A stretch of 64,000 nt of DNA from Dehalococcoidia bacterium (GCA_963665775.2 CAXXTF010000001.1:352001-416000), one strand, 5' to 3'. Positions 29,345 through 39,137 are shown, numbered from the stretch's first letter. The notes: generated by a model not told the origin, from the letters alone. Program-made: numbers and translations.

Positions 29345-30118
29345 GTGCGCAGTCTGTCCCTGGAGAAGCGAGGCCGCATCGCCCATCTGCTGTTGAGGAG
29401 GCCCGAGAAGCGGAACGCAATCGACGGCGCGATGCTGCGGGAGTTGGCTGACGCCTGCGAGGCGATGAGCGGAGACGAGGAGATATGGGCAGTGATCGTG
29501 AGGGGAGAGGGGTCGGTCTTCTCCTGTGGCTGGGACAGGGAAGCCCTGGCCGGGGACGACCCCCTGGCGGCGGCCGGTCGCCAAGGGCTGTCGAACGACC
29601 CCTTCGGCTGCCTGGCGGAGCTATTACGACCGGTCATATGTGCCATGAATGGTGATGCCTTGGGTGCTGGACTGGAGCTTGCCCTGGCCTGCGACATCCG
29701 TGTGGCGGCGGAGGAGGCGCGAATGGGCCTGCCGGAGACGGCGATGGGGATGGTCCCGATGGGGGGCGGCACCCAGCGACTGCCCCGACAGGTGGGTCGG
29801 GGGAAGGCGCTGGAGATGATCCTGACGGCCGAAACCATCAGCGCGCAGGAGGCGCTCCGTACCGGCCTGGTGAGCGCTGTCGTGCCGCGAGATAAGCTCG
29901 AGGCCGAGACGGACGCGATCGCTCGGCGGATAGCGGAGCGGGGGCCGCTGGCGGTGCGCTATGCCAAGGAGGCGGTGCGGCGAGGGATGGAGATGCCCCT
30001 GGAGCAGGCGCTCCGCTATGAGACGGATCTGACGGTTATCATGCAGACTACGGAGGACCGGGCTGAGGGAGTGCGGGCCTTCTTGGAGAAGAGGAAACCG
30101 GAGTTCCACGGACGTTAA
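29345..30118 (+). CDS. Enoyl-CoA hydratase/isomerase
   Basis: RPEKRNAI, FSCGWD, GAGLELALACD, LPETAMG, AFLEKRKPEF; start uncertain. Confidence 0.92.
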   Translation: MRSLSLEKRGRIAHLLLRRPEKRNAIDGAMLRELADACEAMSGDEEIWAVIVRGEGSVFSCGWDREALAGDDPLAAAGRQGLSNDPFGCLAELLRPVICAMNGDALGAGLELALACDIRVAAEEARMGLPETAMGMVPMGGGTQRLPRQVGRGKALEMILTAETISAQEALRTGLVSAVVPRDKLEAETDAIARRIAERGPLAVRYAKEAVRRGMEMPLEQALRYETDLTVIMQTTEDRAEGVRAFLEKRKPEFHGR

Positions 30119-30141
30119 TTCAGAGTCGGAGGTAGTAGCGA

Positions 30142-30414
30142 ATGCAAGTCATACTGGAGCCGGACGAGGCGGCGACGGTGATGTCCGCCGTGACCTCGAC
30201 GGTCATCGATCAGAGCGGAATCTCGCAGGGCGGCAAGCAGGCGATTCGCCGCTGGCGCAGCGACAGGCCCCCAGGGTCGGTGCCGATGGGAGAGCTTACG
30301 GAGGCTATCAACGGGGCACTGGAATCGCTCGTCGATACGAAGACGAATCGGACGGTGCGGAGGAAGGGGCGGCACATGTCATCGCGGGAACTGGCTAGCC
30401 GCCGCCGCGGATAG
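30142..30414 (+). CDS. Small hypothetical protein (paralogue of the next gene)
   Basis: RBS GGAGG; shares I(R/K)RWRS..GS..M.ELT..N..LE...TK with 30425..30664. Confidence 0.75.
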   Translation: MQVILEPDEAATVMSAVTSTVIDQSGISQGGKQAIRRWRSDRPPGSVPMGELTEAINGALESLVDTKTNRTVRRKGRHMSSRELASRRRG

Positions 30415-30424
30415 AGGAGGCCCC

Positions 30425-30664
30425 ATGAAGTTGGAACTGACACCGGAAGAGTCGCGCGAGATGCTGGATGCCGTCGTGGACACCCTGATCGAGGAGGTCG
30501 AGATGTCTGATGGGGATCTGGCGACGATCAAGCGTTGGCGGAGCGAAACCATGAAGATAGGTTCGGAGAGGATGCGCGAGCTAACCGATAAGATGAACTC
30601 TGACCTGGAACGAGTGCTGCGCACCAAGGAGAAGAGCGCCGTCCGCAAGCCGGACTGGACGTAG
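30425..30664 (+). CDS. Small hypothetical protein (paralogue of the previous gene)
   Basis: RBS GAGGAGG; shared motif as above. Confidence 0.75.
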   Translation: MKLELTPEESREMLDAVVDTLIEEVEMSDGDLATIKRWRSETMKIGSERMRELTDKMNSDLERVLRTKEKSAVRKPDWT

Positions 30665-30684
30665 CGAGGCAGGGGGCGGGAGAG

Positions 30685-31476
30685 ACGAGTAGCGCCTTCG
30701 AGAGCATAGTCTACGAGAAGCGGGACGACGGCGTTGCCTGGGTGACGCTGAACCGACCGCAGCTGCTCAACGCCATCGACATGCGGATGCGGGATGAGCT
30801 CTGGGAGGTAACGCACGCCGTTCGAGATGATCCCGGTGTGCGGGTGGTGATCTTCAGAGGGGCGGGGGAGAGGGCGTTCTCTGCGGGGGCGGACATCGCT
30901 GAGTTCGGGACGGCACCGTCCTATGTGGAGTCCCGACGCGCCCGTCGTGAGCGTGACCTCTGGGGGTTCATCCTCTCCCTGGAGAAGCCGCTGTTGGCCG
31001 CCATTCAGGGTTACGCCCTGGGGGCGGGGATCGAGTTGCCGATGTGCTGTGACCTCCGTATCGCCTCTGAGGACGCGCTCCTTGGTCTGCCGGAGGTGGG
31101 TCTGGGCTATATCCCGTCTGCCGGGGGAACCCAGACGCTGCCGCGGCACCTGCCGCCCGGCGTGGCGATGCAGATGATCCTGACCGGGGATCCCATCGAT
31201 GCGGCGACGGCGCTGCGCTACGGCTTGGTGCAGCGGGTGGTGCCGCGGCAGCAGTTGTACGGGGAGGCGGAGGCGCTGGCGCGAGTGCTGTTGTCGCGGG
31301 GTCCGCTGGCCCTGCGGCTGGCGAAGCGAGCGGTGCGGGAGGGGCTGGAGATGCCCCTGGCGGAAGGGCTGGCCCTGGAATCGCGGCTGGCGGCGCGGGC
31401 GTTGGCCAGCGCCGATGCGCGCGAAGGGCTGGCGGCGGCGCTGGCGGGTCGAGAGCCGCAGTTCGTGGAGGCGTGA
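30685..31476 (+). CDS. Enoyl-CoA hydratase/isomerase (homology extends upstream of GTG 30742 to ACG 30685)
   Basis: FESIVYEKRDDGVAWVTLNRP, FSAGADI, GAGIEL, LPEVGLG. Confidence 0.9.
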   Translation, partial: TSSAFESIVYEKRDDGVAWVTLNRPQLLNAIDMRMRDELWEVTHAVRDDPGVRVVIFRGAGERAFSAGADIAEFGTAPSYVESRRARRERDLWGFILSLEKPLLAAIQGYALGAGIELPMCCDLRIASEDALLGLPEVGLGYIPSAGGTQTLPRHLPPGVAMQMILTGDPIDAATALRYGLVQRVVPRQQLYGEAEALARVLLSRGPLALRLAKRAVREGLEMPLAEGLALESRLAARALASADAREGLAAALAGREPQFVEA

Positions 31477-31477
31477 C

Positions 31478-32005
31478 GTGGGCAGCATACCGGTAGCAAA
31501 GTCTTCGCCGCCGCATCGCCTCACGCTGTCCCGCCGGGCGATCGCCGTGACGGCGATGGCGGCGGCGTTCGGGCTGCTCGCCGTGGTGGCGCTCTTCGCC
31601 TGGCCAACCGGTTCCAACGAGGTCGTCAGGCCGCCGCAATGGGTCGGCGTTGGCCAGGTCGAGGACTTCGCTCCGGGCAGCGTGACGACTTTTCAGGAGG
31701 CGGAGTTCCACCTGGTACGGCTGCCGGACGGCGAGTTTCTGGCCCTGTCTAGCAAGGACCCGCACCTGGGCTGCACCGTTCCCTGGAAGCCGGAATTCCA
31801 GACCATGGGCCAAAAGGGCTGGTTCCGCAACCCCTGCCATGGCGAGACGTACGACCTCGCGGGGCGCCACATCTTCGGCCCCGGTCCGCGCGGGCTGGAC
31901 CGCTTTCCGGTGACCGTTGTGGGGGGTGCTGTACGGGTGAATGTGAACGAGCTAATCCTGGGGCCACCGGCACGCTCAGGAGTCGAGCCGGTGAACCCCC
32001 CATGA
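31478..32005 (+). CDS. Membrane-anchored Rieske-fold protein with atypical ligand boxes
   Basis: N-terminal TM helix; DPHLGC and NPCHG boxes; YDLAG..FGPGPRGL. Confidence 0.8.
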   Translation: MGSIPVAKSSPPHRLTLSRRAIAVTAMAAAFGLLAVVALFAWPTGSNEVVRPPQWVGVGQVEDFAPGSVTTFQEAEFHLVRLPDGEFLALSSKDPHLGCTVPWKPEFQTMGQKGWFRNPCHGETYDLAGRHIFGPGPRGLDRFPVTVVGGAVRVNVNELILGPPARSGVEPVNPP

Positions 32006-32025
32006 ACCGATTCGGAGGGTAAAGC

Positions 32026-33594
32026 ATGAACACATCGGAGTTTCTGACGATCGCCTCGTCGCTGGTGCCGGACCGCACGGCGATGGTCTGCGAGGGTGAC
32101 ACTCGCACCTTCGCTCAGCTTCAGGAGCGGGTGAACCGGCTGGCCAACGCCCTGCAATCGTTGGGTGCGAGCAAGGGCGATAAGGTGGCGGTCATGGCGC
32201 TCAACTCCATGACGTACGTGGAGACGTACTACGCCAGCGCCAAGCTGGGAATGACCTTCGTCCCCCTGAATTACCGGGCCAAGCGGGAAGAGCTCGCCTA
32301 CATGGTGAACAACTCCGGGGTCTCCGTGCTCTTGGTTGGAGAGCGCTACCTGGAGCTGGCCGCCGACATCAAGCCGCAGATGGAGACCGTCAAGCACATG
32401 ATCTCCATCGACACCCAGGCAGAGGGGATGGCCAACTACGAGGAGCTGCTGGCCGCTCATGAGCCAGAGGAGATCTTCACCGATGTCGATGAGATGGATC
32501 CCACCATCATCATCTACACCAGCGGCACTACGGCGCTACCCAAGGGGGTGGTGCTGACCCACCTGGGCCTGTCGGTGTACGTGACGAACACGGCGGAGCC
32601 GGCGGACCCGGCGGCGGAGGACGCTGACGTCCTGGTGGTGTCGGTCCCCTTCTGCCACGTCGCCGGAGCGACGACGATGTTGTCGTCGGTCTGGAGTGGG
32701 CGGAAGCTGGTGATCCTGCCCCAGTTCGATCCGGAGGCCTGGCTGAAGGCGGTGCAGGCCTACCGGGTGACCCACAGTTTCGTGGTCCCCACTATGCTCA
32801 AGCGGATCATGGACCACCCGGACTTCGATAAGTACGATCTCAGCTCGCTGCAGCTGTTGGCCTACGGGGCGGCGCCCATGCCCTCTGAGGTGGTGACCAA
32901 GGCAGTCAAGGTGTTGAAATGTGGGCTGATGAACGCCTACGGCCAGACGGAGAGCACCTCCTCGCTGACCTACCTGGGCCCGGAGGATCATGTGATCCCG
33001 GACGGGCCGCCGGAGGAGCGGGAGCGAAAGCTGCGGCGGCTGCGGTCGGTCGGGAAGACGATGGACGATGTGACCGTTGCCATTCTGGACCCCGACGGGA
33101 ACGAACTGCCGGCCGGGCAAGAAGGGGAGATCGTGGCCAAGGGGGCGCGGATCATGTCCGGCTACCTGGGCCGGAACGAGGAGACGGAGGAGGCGATGCG
33201 CGGCGGCTGGCTGCACACCGGTGACGTGGGCTGGAAGGACGAGGATGGCTACCTGTTCATCACCGGCCGCACGAAGGACCTGATTATCCGCGGCGGGGAG
33301 AACATCGCGCCGGGTGAGATCGAAGCGGTGTTGGACCAGCATCCGGCGGTGCAGGAGGCGGCGGTGATCGGAGTGCCGGATGTGGAATGGGGGGAGGAAG
33401 TGAAGGCGGTGGTCATCCTGCGGTCGGGGCAAAAGGTAACGGAGGAGGAGCTTACGGCCGCTGTGAAAGAGCGGCTAGCCAGCTTCAAAGCGCCCAAGTA
33501 TTATACGTTCGTGGAGGATATGCCACGGAACTACCTGGGGAAGGTGCTGAAGACGGATCTGCGAAAGCAGCACGGGGAGGCGAAGAGCGGCTAA
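32026..33594 (+). CDS. Acyl-CoA synthetase (long-chain fatty acid--CoA ligase family)
   Basis: YTSGTTALPKG, YGQTE, GWLHTGD, GRTKDLIIRGGENI, GKVLK. Confidence 0.95.
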   Translation: MNTSEFLTIASSLVPDRTAMVCEGDTRTFAQLQERVNRLANALQSLGASKGDKVAVMALNSMTYVETYYASAKLGMTFVPLNYRAKREELAYMVNNSGVSVLLVGERYLELAADIKPQMETVKHMISIDTQAEGMANYEELLAAHEPEEIFTDVDEMDPTIIIYTSGTTALPKGVVLTHLGLSVYVTNTAEPADPAAEDADVLVVSVPFCHVAGATTMLSSVWSGRKLVILPQFDPEAWLKAVQAYRVTHSFVVPTMLKRIMDHPDFDKYDLSSLQLLAYGAAPMPSEVVTKAVKVLKCGLMNAYGQTESTSSLTYLGPEDHVIPDGPPEERERKLRRLRSVGKTMDDVTVAILDPDGNELPAGQEGEIVAKGARIMSGYLGRNEETEEAMRGGWLHTGDVGWKDEDGYLFITGRTKDLIIRGGENIAPGEIEAVLDQHPAVQEAAVIGVPDVEWGEEVKAVVILRSGQKVTEEELTAAVKERLASFKAPKYYTFVEDMPRNYLGKVLKTDLRKQHGEAKSG

Positions 33595-33727
33595 GCGGCG
33601 GGCCAGCCGTCGGCAGCGGCGCCAGAGGGGCCGGGACCGCTCGCAAACCGTCCCAGCGGAGGAGTCCCCCGCTGCTAGCCTGGGGCCCACACCGGCAACC
33701 GTCGGCGGAATCTCCTGGCAGGGGCTG

Positions 33728-34027
33728 GTGGGCGGCCTGCTGGGGGCGGTTCCCCTGGGCGCTCTGGGGATCGAACGGCTGCTGGACCCGCCGGGGGCCG
33801 GAAGAGGGATCTGGGTCGTGCTGCTGGCGATGGCCTCGGTGTACCTGCCGGCGATATGGGTCTCCGTGAGGCCCACGCCCAAGCGACGGGCCGTTCAGCG
33901 AGGCGTAGTGGTCGCCTCCATGGTGATGGTGCTCGTGGGGTCGATATTCGGGGCACAGTTCGCCGTCCTGCTGCTGCCGGCCACGGCGCTGCTGGCCGTC
34001 GCCAGCGGGTTGGTGTTCAGGCGCTAG
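33728..34027 (+). CDS. Hypothetical membrane protein (frame open back to ~33587)
   Basis: Four hydrophobic segments; co-oriented with neighbours. Confidence 0.6.
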   Translation: MGGLLGAVPLGALGIERLLDPPGAGRGIWVVLLAMASVYLPAIWVSVRPTPKRRAVQRGVVVASMVMVLVGSIFGAQFAVLLLPATALLAVASGLVFRR

Positions 34028-34151
34028 GCGAGCGAGGAGGGCCGCCAGCACGGTGCGATGTTGACCCTTTGTGCCGTTTGACCGGTGGATTAAGCGCCGC
34101 TATTATGGGTTCCGCGAATAACACAGGGAACTCTTCCTAAATCGGCTAGGG

Positions 34152-36251
34152 GTGGCGATGGTTCCGTCCACAGAATTCCCGGGCAATATCTTCTATGCCA
34201 TCATATTCTTCGGCTTCTTGGCCGTGTTCATCTGGTCAGCGGCGGTGCGCGTCCGCTGGTTCACGCGGGGGAAATGGATCGACCGTTTCACGAACCCCTT
34301 CGCCCGAACTGTAGGGCTGATCCCCTGGCTTCTGGGGAACGCTCGGGTGGCCCGGCGCAAGTACTGGTACTCCGGCGTACTGCACAGCTTCATCTGGTGG
34401 GGGTTCATCGTCCTGCAGGTACGAACGGTGAATTTTCTGTTGGGAGGCATCCATGAGGATGCCAGTCTGCAGAGCCTGCTGGGCGATGTGTACACGGCTT
34501 TGCGGCCGGTGCTGGACGTCTTCAACATACTGGTGATCGTCGGTGTGGCGATGGCCGCCTGGCAGCGCTTCGTGTGGCGGCCGCAGCGGATGACCCTGAA
34601 TATCGACGGCTGGATCCTGTTGGGGCTTATCGGCTGGCTGATGGTGACCGACGTGATGGTCAACAGTGCCGAGATCGTCCTCGGTGCGGACGACCACGCG
34701 AAGTGGTCATTCCTCGCCTACGGGTTCTCGGAGCTGTGGCGAGCGATCGGATTAACGGGGGACAAGATGGAGTGGTTCCTCGTTGCCTTTTGGTACGCTC
34801 ACTTGACGGACTTCATGGTGTTCCTAACCTATTTGCCGTACTCCAAGCACTCGCACGTCCTCACGATCGTGCCGCAGATCTTTGCGCGGTCGCTTGAGAC
34901 CAGCGGCACTCTCCAGCCCATCGTCGATTTCGAGAAGGCGGAGAGCTTCGGCGTGGGCAAGCTGGGAGACCTCAGCTGGAAGCAGATGTTGGACTCCTAC
35001 AGCTGCACGGAGTGCGGCCGCTGTACCGCCGTCTGCCCTGCCAGTCTCACGGGCAAGGAGCTCTCTCCCAAGCAGGTCATCATCGATATACGGCACATGA
35101 TGGAGGAGCAGGTGCCGCCGCTGGCGCCCTGGAGGAAGCGGCCGGAGCAGCTGACGCCCCTCATCGACGGCGTGGGGTTCGAGCCAATATGGGACTGCGT
35201 GACCTGCGGGGCCTGCATGTACGAGTGCCCGGTGTTCATCGAGCACGTGCCGACGATCATGGATATGCGGCGCTACCTGGTGATGGAGGAGTCCAACATG
35301 CCGGAGACGGCTCAGGCCACCCTGGTGCAGCTGGAGCAGCGCGGCCACCCCTGGCGGGGCACCCAGTTGACCCGCACCAGCTGGATCGAGGAGATGGCCT
35401 CGCAGGGGATAACCGTGCCCATCTTCGACGGCTCTCAGGAGTATCTCTACTGGGTAGGCTGCACGGGGGCGCTACAGGAGCGGAACGTGAAGGTGACGCA
35501 GGCCCTGGTGCGGCTTCTGCTGCACGGAGGGGTCAGCTTCGGGGTGCTGGGCGCGGCGGAGGGCTGCTCTGGAGACCCGGCGCGGCGGATGGGCAACGAG
35601 TATCTGTTCCAGACGCAGGCCGAGCAGAATATCGCGCTGTTCAAAGACAAGGCGGTACAGAAGATCCTCACCGCTTGCCCGCACTGCTTTAGCACGATGG
35701 CCAACGAGTATGGCCAGTTCGACGGGAAGTTCGAGATGGTGCATCATACGGAGCTCCTGGCTGAACTCGTCGCTCAGGGCAAGATCACCGTGAATGAGGA
35801 TGACCGCGGTGGGATGTCGGACAAGCTGACCACCTACCACGACGCCTGCTACCTGGCTCGGCATAACAACATCGAGGACGCGCCGCGGCAGGTCCTGGCG
35901 GCGACGAAGGCGGAGTCGAAGGAGATGGCCCGCTCCGGGAAAAACTCCTTCTGCTGCGGGGCCGGCGGCGGACACATGTGGGTTGAGGAGAGCGGCGGCA
36001 AACGCATTAACGAGGTCCGGACGGAAGAGGCGGCGGCTACCGGGGCGGAGATCGTCGCCGTGGCTTGCCCCTTCTGCATGCAGATGTTCGACGCCGGCTT
36101 AGGCGCCGTACCGGAGGCGGTGGAGAGAGGGCTGCAGGTCTTCGATGTCGTGGAGCTGCTGGATATGAAGGTGGCCTATGTCAAGCCGGCGCCGGCGGAG
36201 CCCATTGGACTCATGCAGGAAGTAGAAGATCATCCGCACGCTCCCGCCTAG
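34152..36251 (+). CDS. FadF-like membrane Fe-S oxidoreductase (cytochrome b + 2x4Fe-4S + CCG domains), probable ETF:quinone oxidoreductase
   Basis: TM region with His; CTECGRCTAVCP, CVTCGACMYECP, GCSGDPARR, CCGAGGG, ACPFC; adjacent to etfBA. Confidence 0.9.
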   Translation: MAMVPSTEFPGNIFYAIIFFGFLAVFIWSAAVRVRWFTRGKWIDRFTNPFARTVGLIPWLLGNARVARRKYWYSGVLHSFIWWGFIVLQVRTVNFLLGGIHEDASLQSLLGDVYTALRPVLDVFNILVIVGVAMAAWQRFVWRPQRMTLNIDGWILLGLIGWLMVTDVMVNSAEIVLGADDHAKWSFLAYGFSELWRAIGLTGDKMEWFLVAFWYAHLTDFMVFLTYLPYSKHSHVLTIVPQIFARSLETSGTLQPIVDFEKAESFGVGKLGDLSWKQMLDSYSCTECGRCTAVCPASLTGKELSPKQVIIDIRHMMEEQVPPLAPWRKRPEQLTPLIDGVGFEPIWDCVTCGACMYECPVFIEHVPTIMDMRRYLVMEESNMPETAQATLVQLEQRGHPWRGTQLTRTSWIEEMASQGITVPIFDGSQEYLYWVGCTGALQERNVKVTQALVRLLLHGGVSFGVLGAAEGCSGDPARRMGNEYLFQTQAEQNIALFKDKAVQKILTACPHCFSTMANEYGQFDGKFEMVHHTELLAELVAQGKITVNEDDRGGMSDKLTTYHDACYLARHNNIEDAPRQVLAATKAESKEMARSGKNSFCCGAGGGHMWVEESGGKRINEVRTEEAAATGAEIVAVACPFCMQMFDAGLGAVPEAVERGLQVFDVVELLDMKVAYVKPAPAEPIGLMQEVEDHPHAPA

Positions 36252-36463
36252 ATCGTAGTGCGCGCTCAGCAATAGACGCGCCTAGCGGTGAGGTCGCGCC
36301 AGCGCTCGGCGGCCAGGGCGCTGCCCTAACGTAGCGGTCGTGAACCCCCGCCGGATAGGCTTGCATGGAGCTGGACGCCTGCTATACTGCGGGTGATAAT
36401 TTTCACATCGGCCCGGCTGCCGATCTGCCACGGGGGACGGCCGGCAGTCAAGGAGGATCGCCT

Positions 36464-37255
36464 ATGCCGCACATCATCTGCTGTGTGAAGCAGGTGCCGG
36501 ACCCGGAGACGCCCTCGTCTCAGTTCAAGGTGGACAGCGCGACGAAGAAGGTGCTGCCCGTGCCGGGCATCCAGCCGGTGCCCAGCCAGTTCGATACCCT
36601 CGCCACAGAGGCGGCGCTGCGAATCAAGGATAAAGTGGCGGATACAACTATTACGCTGCTCAGCGTGGGGCCGGACAGCTATCGGGATAGCCTCAAGCAC
36701 TGCCTGGCGATGGGCGCCGACGAGGCCGTGCACGTCAACGATCCGGCTCTGTATGAGGCTGACCACTGGGCCACGGCGGAGGCGCTGGCGGCGGCGATCC
36801 AGAAGCTCGCCCCGTATGACCTCGTCATCTGCGGGCGTCAGGCGACGGACTGGGACATGGGCGTCGTGGGGGCTACCGTGGGCGAGATCCTGGGTGTGCC
36901 GGTAATGACCATTACCAAGGATGTCCAGTACGAGGACGGGAAGGTGACCGTGGAGCGGGTGTTGCCGGACGGCTTCGAGACGGTGGAGGCGCCGACGCCC
37001 TGTGTGGTGACCGTGAGCAACGAGCTGGGAGAGCCTCGCTATCCGCAGTTGCGCCAGATCATGATGGCGGCGCGCAAGCAGGTGAAGGCCTGGACGCTGG
37101 CCGACCTGGGGCTGGCCGAGATCAAGAACCGGGTAGCTTTGCGAGAGCTGTTCGTCCCTGACACCAGCGTGAAGACGGAGTTCATTGAAGGGGAAACGCC
37201 CGCGGAGCAGGCGGAGAAGCTCGCCCTGCGGCTGCGGGAGGCGAAGCTCATATAA
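36464..37255 (+). CDS. etfB: Electron transfer flavoprotein beta subunit
   Basis: MPHIICCVKQVPD, LAMGAD, ICGRQATD, NELGEPRY; RBS AGGAGG. Confidence 0.95.
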   Translation: MPHIICCVKQVPDPETPSSQFKVDSATKKVLPVPGIQPVPSQFDTLATEAALRIKDKVADTTITLLSVGPDSYRDSLKHCLAMGADEAVHVNDPALYEADHWATAEALAAAIQKLAPYDLVICGRQATDWDMGVVGATVGEILGVPVMTITKDVQYEDGKVTVERVLPDGFETVEAPTPCVVTVSNELGEPRYPQLRQIMMAARKQVKAWTLADLGLAEIKNRVALRELFVPDTSVKTEFIEGETPAEQAEKLALRLREAKLI

Positions 37256-37277
37256 CCGACACAGAGGGAGAATTCTG

Positions 37278-38255
37278 ATGGCAAGCGGAGTACTGGTCTT
37301 CGGAGAGGCGACGGAGGACGGGCGGCTGGCACCGGTGGTCGCCGAGCTTCTGGGCGCGGGCAGTCGCCTGGGTACGCCGGTGGTGTGCGCCCTGCTGGGT
37401 TCCGGTGTGGAACCGTTGGCCCAGGAGTGCGTGGCCCGCGGGGCCGACAAGGTCATCGTGGTGGACGATTCGATCCTGAGTGGCTATCAGGCGGATGCCT
37501 GCCTGCCTGTCGCCGAACGTATCAGCCGGGAGACGGATGCGGCAGTCGTCCTGTTTGGGCAGACGATAGTGGGTCGGGATATCGCGCCGCGGCTGGCGCA
37601 GCGGCTGGGTACAGCGGTGGCCATGGATTGCGTGGCCCTCGAGATGGAGGGCGACAAGCTGGTGGCGGAGCGGCCCTGCTACGGCGGCAACGCCCGCGCC
37701 CGCTACACCTTCAATGGCATGCCGCAGATCGCAACGGTGCGAGTCAAGGCCCAGGAGCCGCTAGAGCGAGACGATTCGCGTCAGGGAGAGATCGTCAAGC
37801 AGGCAGCAGACGTGAGTCCGGATGCTGTACGGACGCGTGTCGTGAGCCGACGCAAGGAGCAGGCGGAAGGCGCGCGGCTGGAAGACGCCTCAGTGGTGGT
37901 AAGCGGCGGACGTGGCCTGGGTGGGCCTGAGGGATTCGAACCCCTGGAAGAGCTAGCGGAGGTGCTGGGTGGCGCCGTGGGGGCCAGCCGGGCGGTGTGT
38001 GACCTGGGCTGGTATCCGGTGGGCTCCCAGGTAGGTCTGACGGGCAAGATGGTGACCCCGGACCTGTACATCGCGGTGGGAATATCCGGTGCCAGCCAGC
38101 ATATGGCCGGCGTGTCTCAGGTAAAGAACATCGTGGCGATCAACAAGGACCCGGAGGCCGGCATCATCAAATCCGCTCGTTTCGCGGTAGTGGGTGACTG
38201 GAAGGAGATACTCCCGCCGCTCACGGAGAAGGTACGGGAGCTAAAGGCCTCCTAG
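37278..38255 (+). CDS. etfA: Electron transfer flavoprotein alpha subunit
   Basis: VVVSGGRG, GASRAV, QVGLTGK.V.PDLYIAVGISGASQH, AINKD. Confidence 0.96.
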   Translation: MASGVLVFGEATEDGRLAPVVAELLGAGSRLGTPVVCALLGSGVEPLAQECVARGADKVIVVDDSILSGYQADACLPVAERISRETDAAVVLFGQTIVGRDIAPRLAQRLGTAVAMDCVALEMEGDKLVAERPCYGGNARARYTFNGMPQIATVRVKAQEPLERDDSRQGEIVKQAADVSPDAVRTRVVSRRKEQAEGARLEDASVVVSGGRGLGGPEGFEPLEELAEVLGGAVGASRAVCDLGWYPVGSQVGLTGKMVTPDLYIAVGISGASQHMAGVSQVKNIVAINKDPEAGIIKSARFAVVGDWKEILPPLTEKVRELKAS

Positions 38256-38360
38256 TTGTAACTGAGTGCCCGCGGCGGGGGAGCGCGGACAGTGGCTGGC
38301 GCGGGAGTTGCGATCTCCCCGCATCTGAGCGACTGCCCGTGCCGGGAGGCCGATATTTCC

Positions 38361-38390
38361 TTGACGCGCGCGGAAGGGCCCGCCTACAAT
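38361..38390 (+). promoter_or_regulatory. Sigma70-type promoter upstream of coaE
   Basis: TTGACG-N18-TACAAT. Confidence 0.6.
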
Positions 38391-38480
38391 GTTCCTACGG
38401 TCGGGCGTCCCGACCGGATTTTGTCAGGGCCGTGTAATCGGGCCTAGGGCGGCCCGCTGAGCGAGGTGACAGGGAATTCC

Positions 38481-39125
38481 ATGTACGTCGTTGGTCTCAC
38501 GGGTGGCATCGGCAGCGGCAAGTCCACCGTGGCGGAGATGCTCCAGGAGAAGGGCGCGGCCTTGCTCAGCGCCGACCTCGCGGGGCATGAGGTGTATGAG
38601 CCGGGAAGGCCCGCCTGGCAGGAGATCGTCGACGCCTTCGGTCGCGATGTGTTGGCCGCGGACGGGACCATCGACCGCAAGAAGCTGGGGCCCATCGTGT
38701 TCAGCGATCCGGATGCTTTGGCGCGGCTGAACGCCATCACCCATCCCCGGATGAAAGAGCTGATGCGGGAGAAGCTGAGGGAGCTGGAGGAACAGGGCGC
38801 AGCGGTGACGGTGCTGGAGGCAGCGTTGCTCTTCGACGCCAGCTGGGAAGATCTGACGGACGAGGTGTGGGTGACGGTGGTGGCGCCGCAAGTGGCGGCC
38901 GAGAGGGCAGCCGAACGCAGCAAGATCAGCGTGGAGCAGGCGCTGGACCGCGTCAAGGCTCAGATGAGCGATGAGGAGCGGGTAAGACGATCGCATGTGA
39001 CAATAGGGACGGCCTGCGCGTTAGAGGCGATGCGCGGCCAGATCGATGAGGAGTGGGACAGGCTGCAGCGGCGGTTGGCGTCCCTTAGGCGGACGGCGGC
39101 GCTGGAAGCAGGCAATCAGAGGTAG
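38481..39125 (+). CDS. coaE: Dephospho-CoA kinase
   Basis: VVGLTGGIGSGKSTV, IDRKKLG..VF, LNAITHP, EAALLF. Confidence 0.95.
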   Translation: MYVVGLTGGIGSGKSTVAEMLQEKGAALLSADLAGHEVYEPGRPAWQEIVDAFGRDVLAADGTIDRKKLGPIVFSDPDALARLNAITHPRMKELMREKLRELEEQGAAVTVLEAALLFDASWEDLTDEVWVTVVAPQVAAERAAERSKISVEQALDRVKAQMSDEERVRRSHVTIGTACALEAMRGQIDEEWDRLQRRLASLRRTAALEAGNQR

Positions 39126-39137
39126 GCAAGAGGAAGC

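Noticed and set aside
38260-38270. 11-mer TAACTGAGTGC shared with 24726-24736
   Set aside because: Similarity does not extend; one shared 11-mer is plausible by chance in 64 kb
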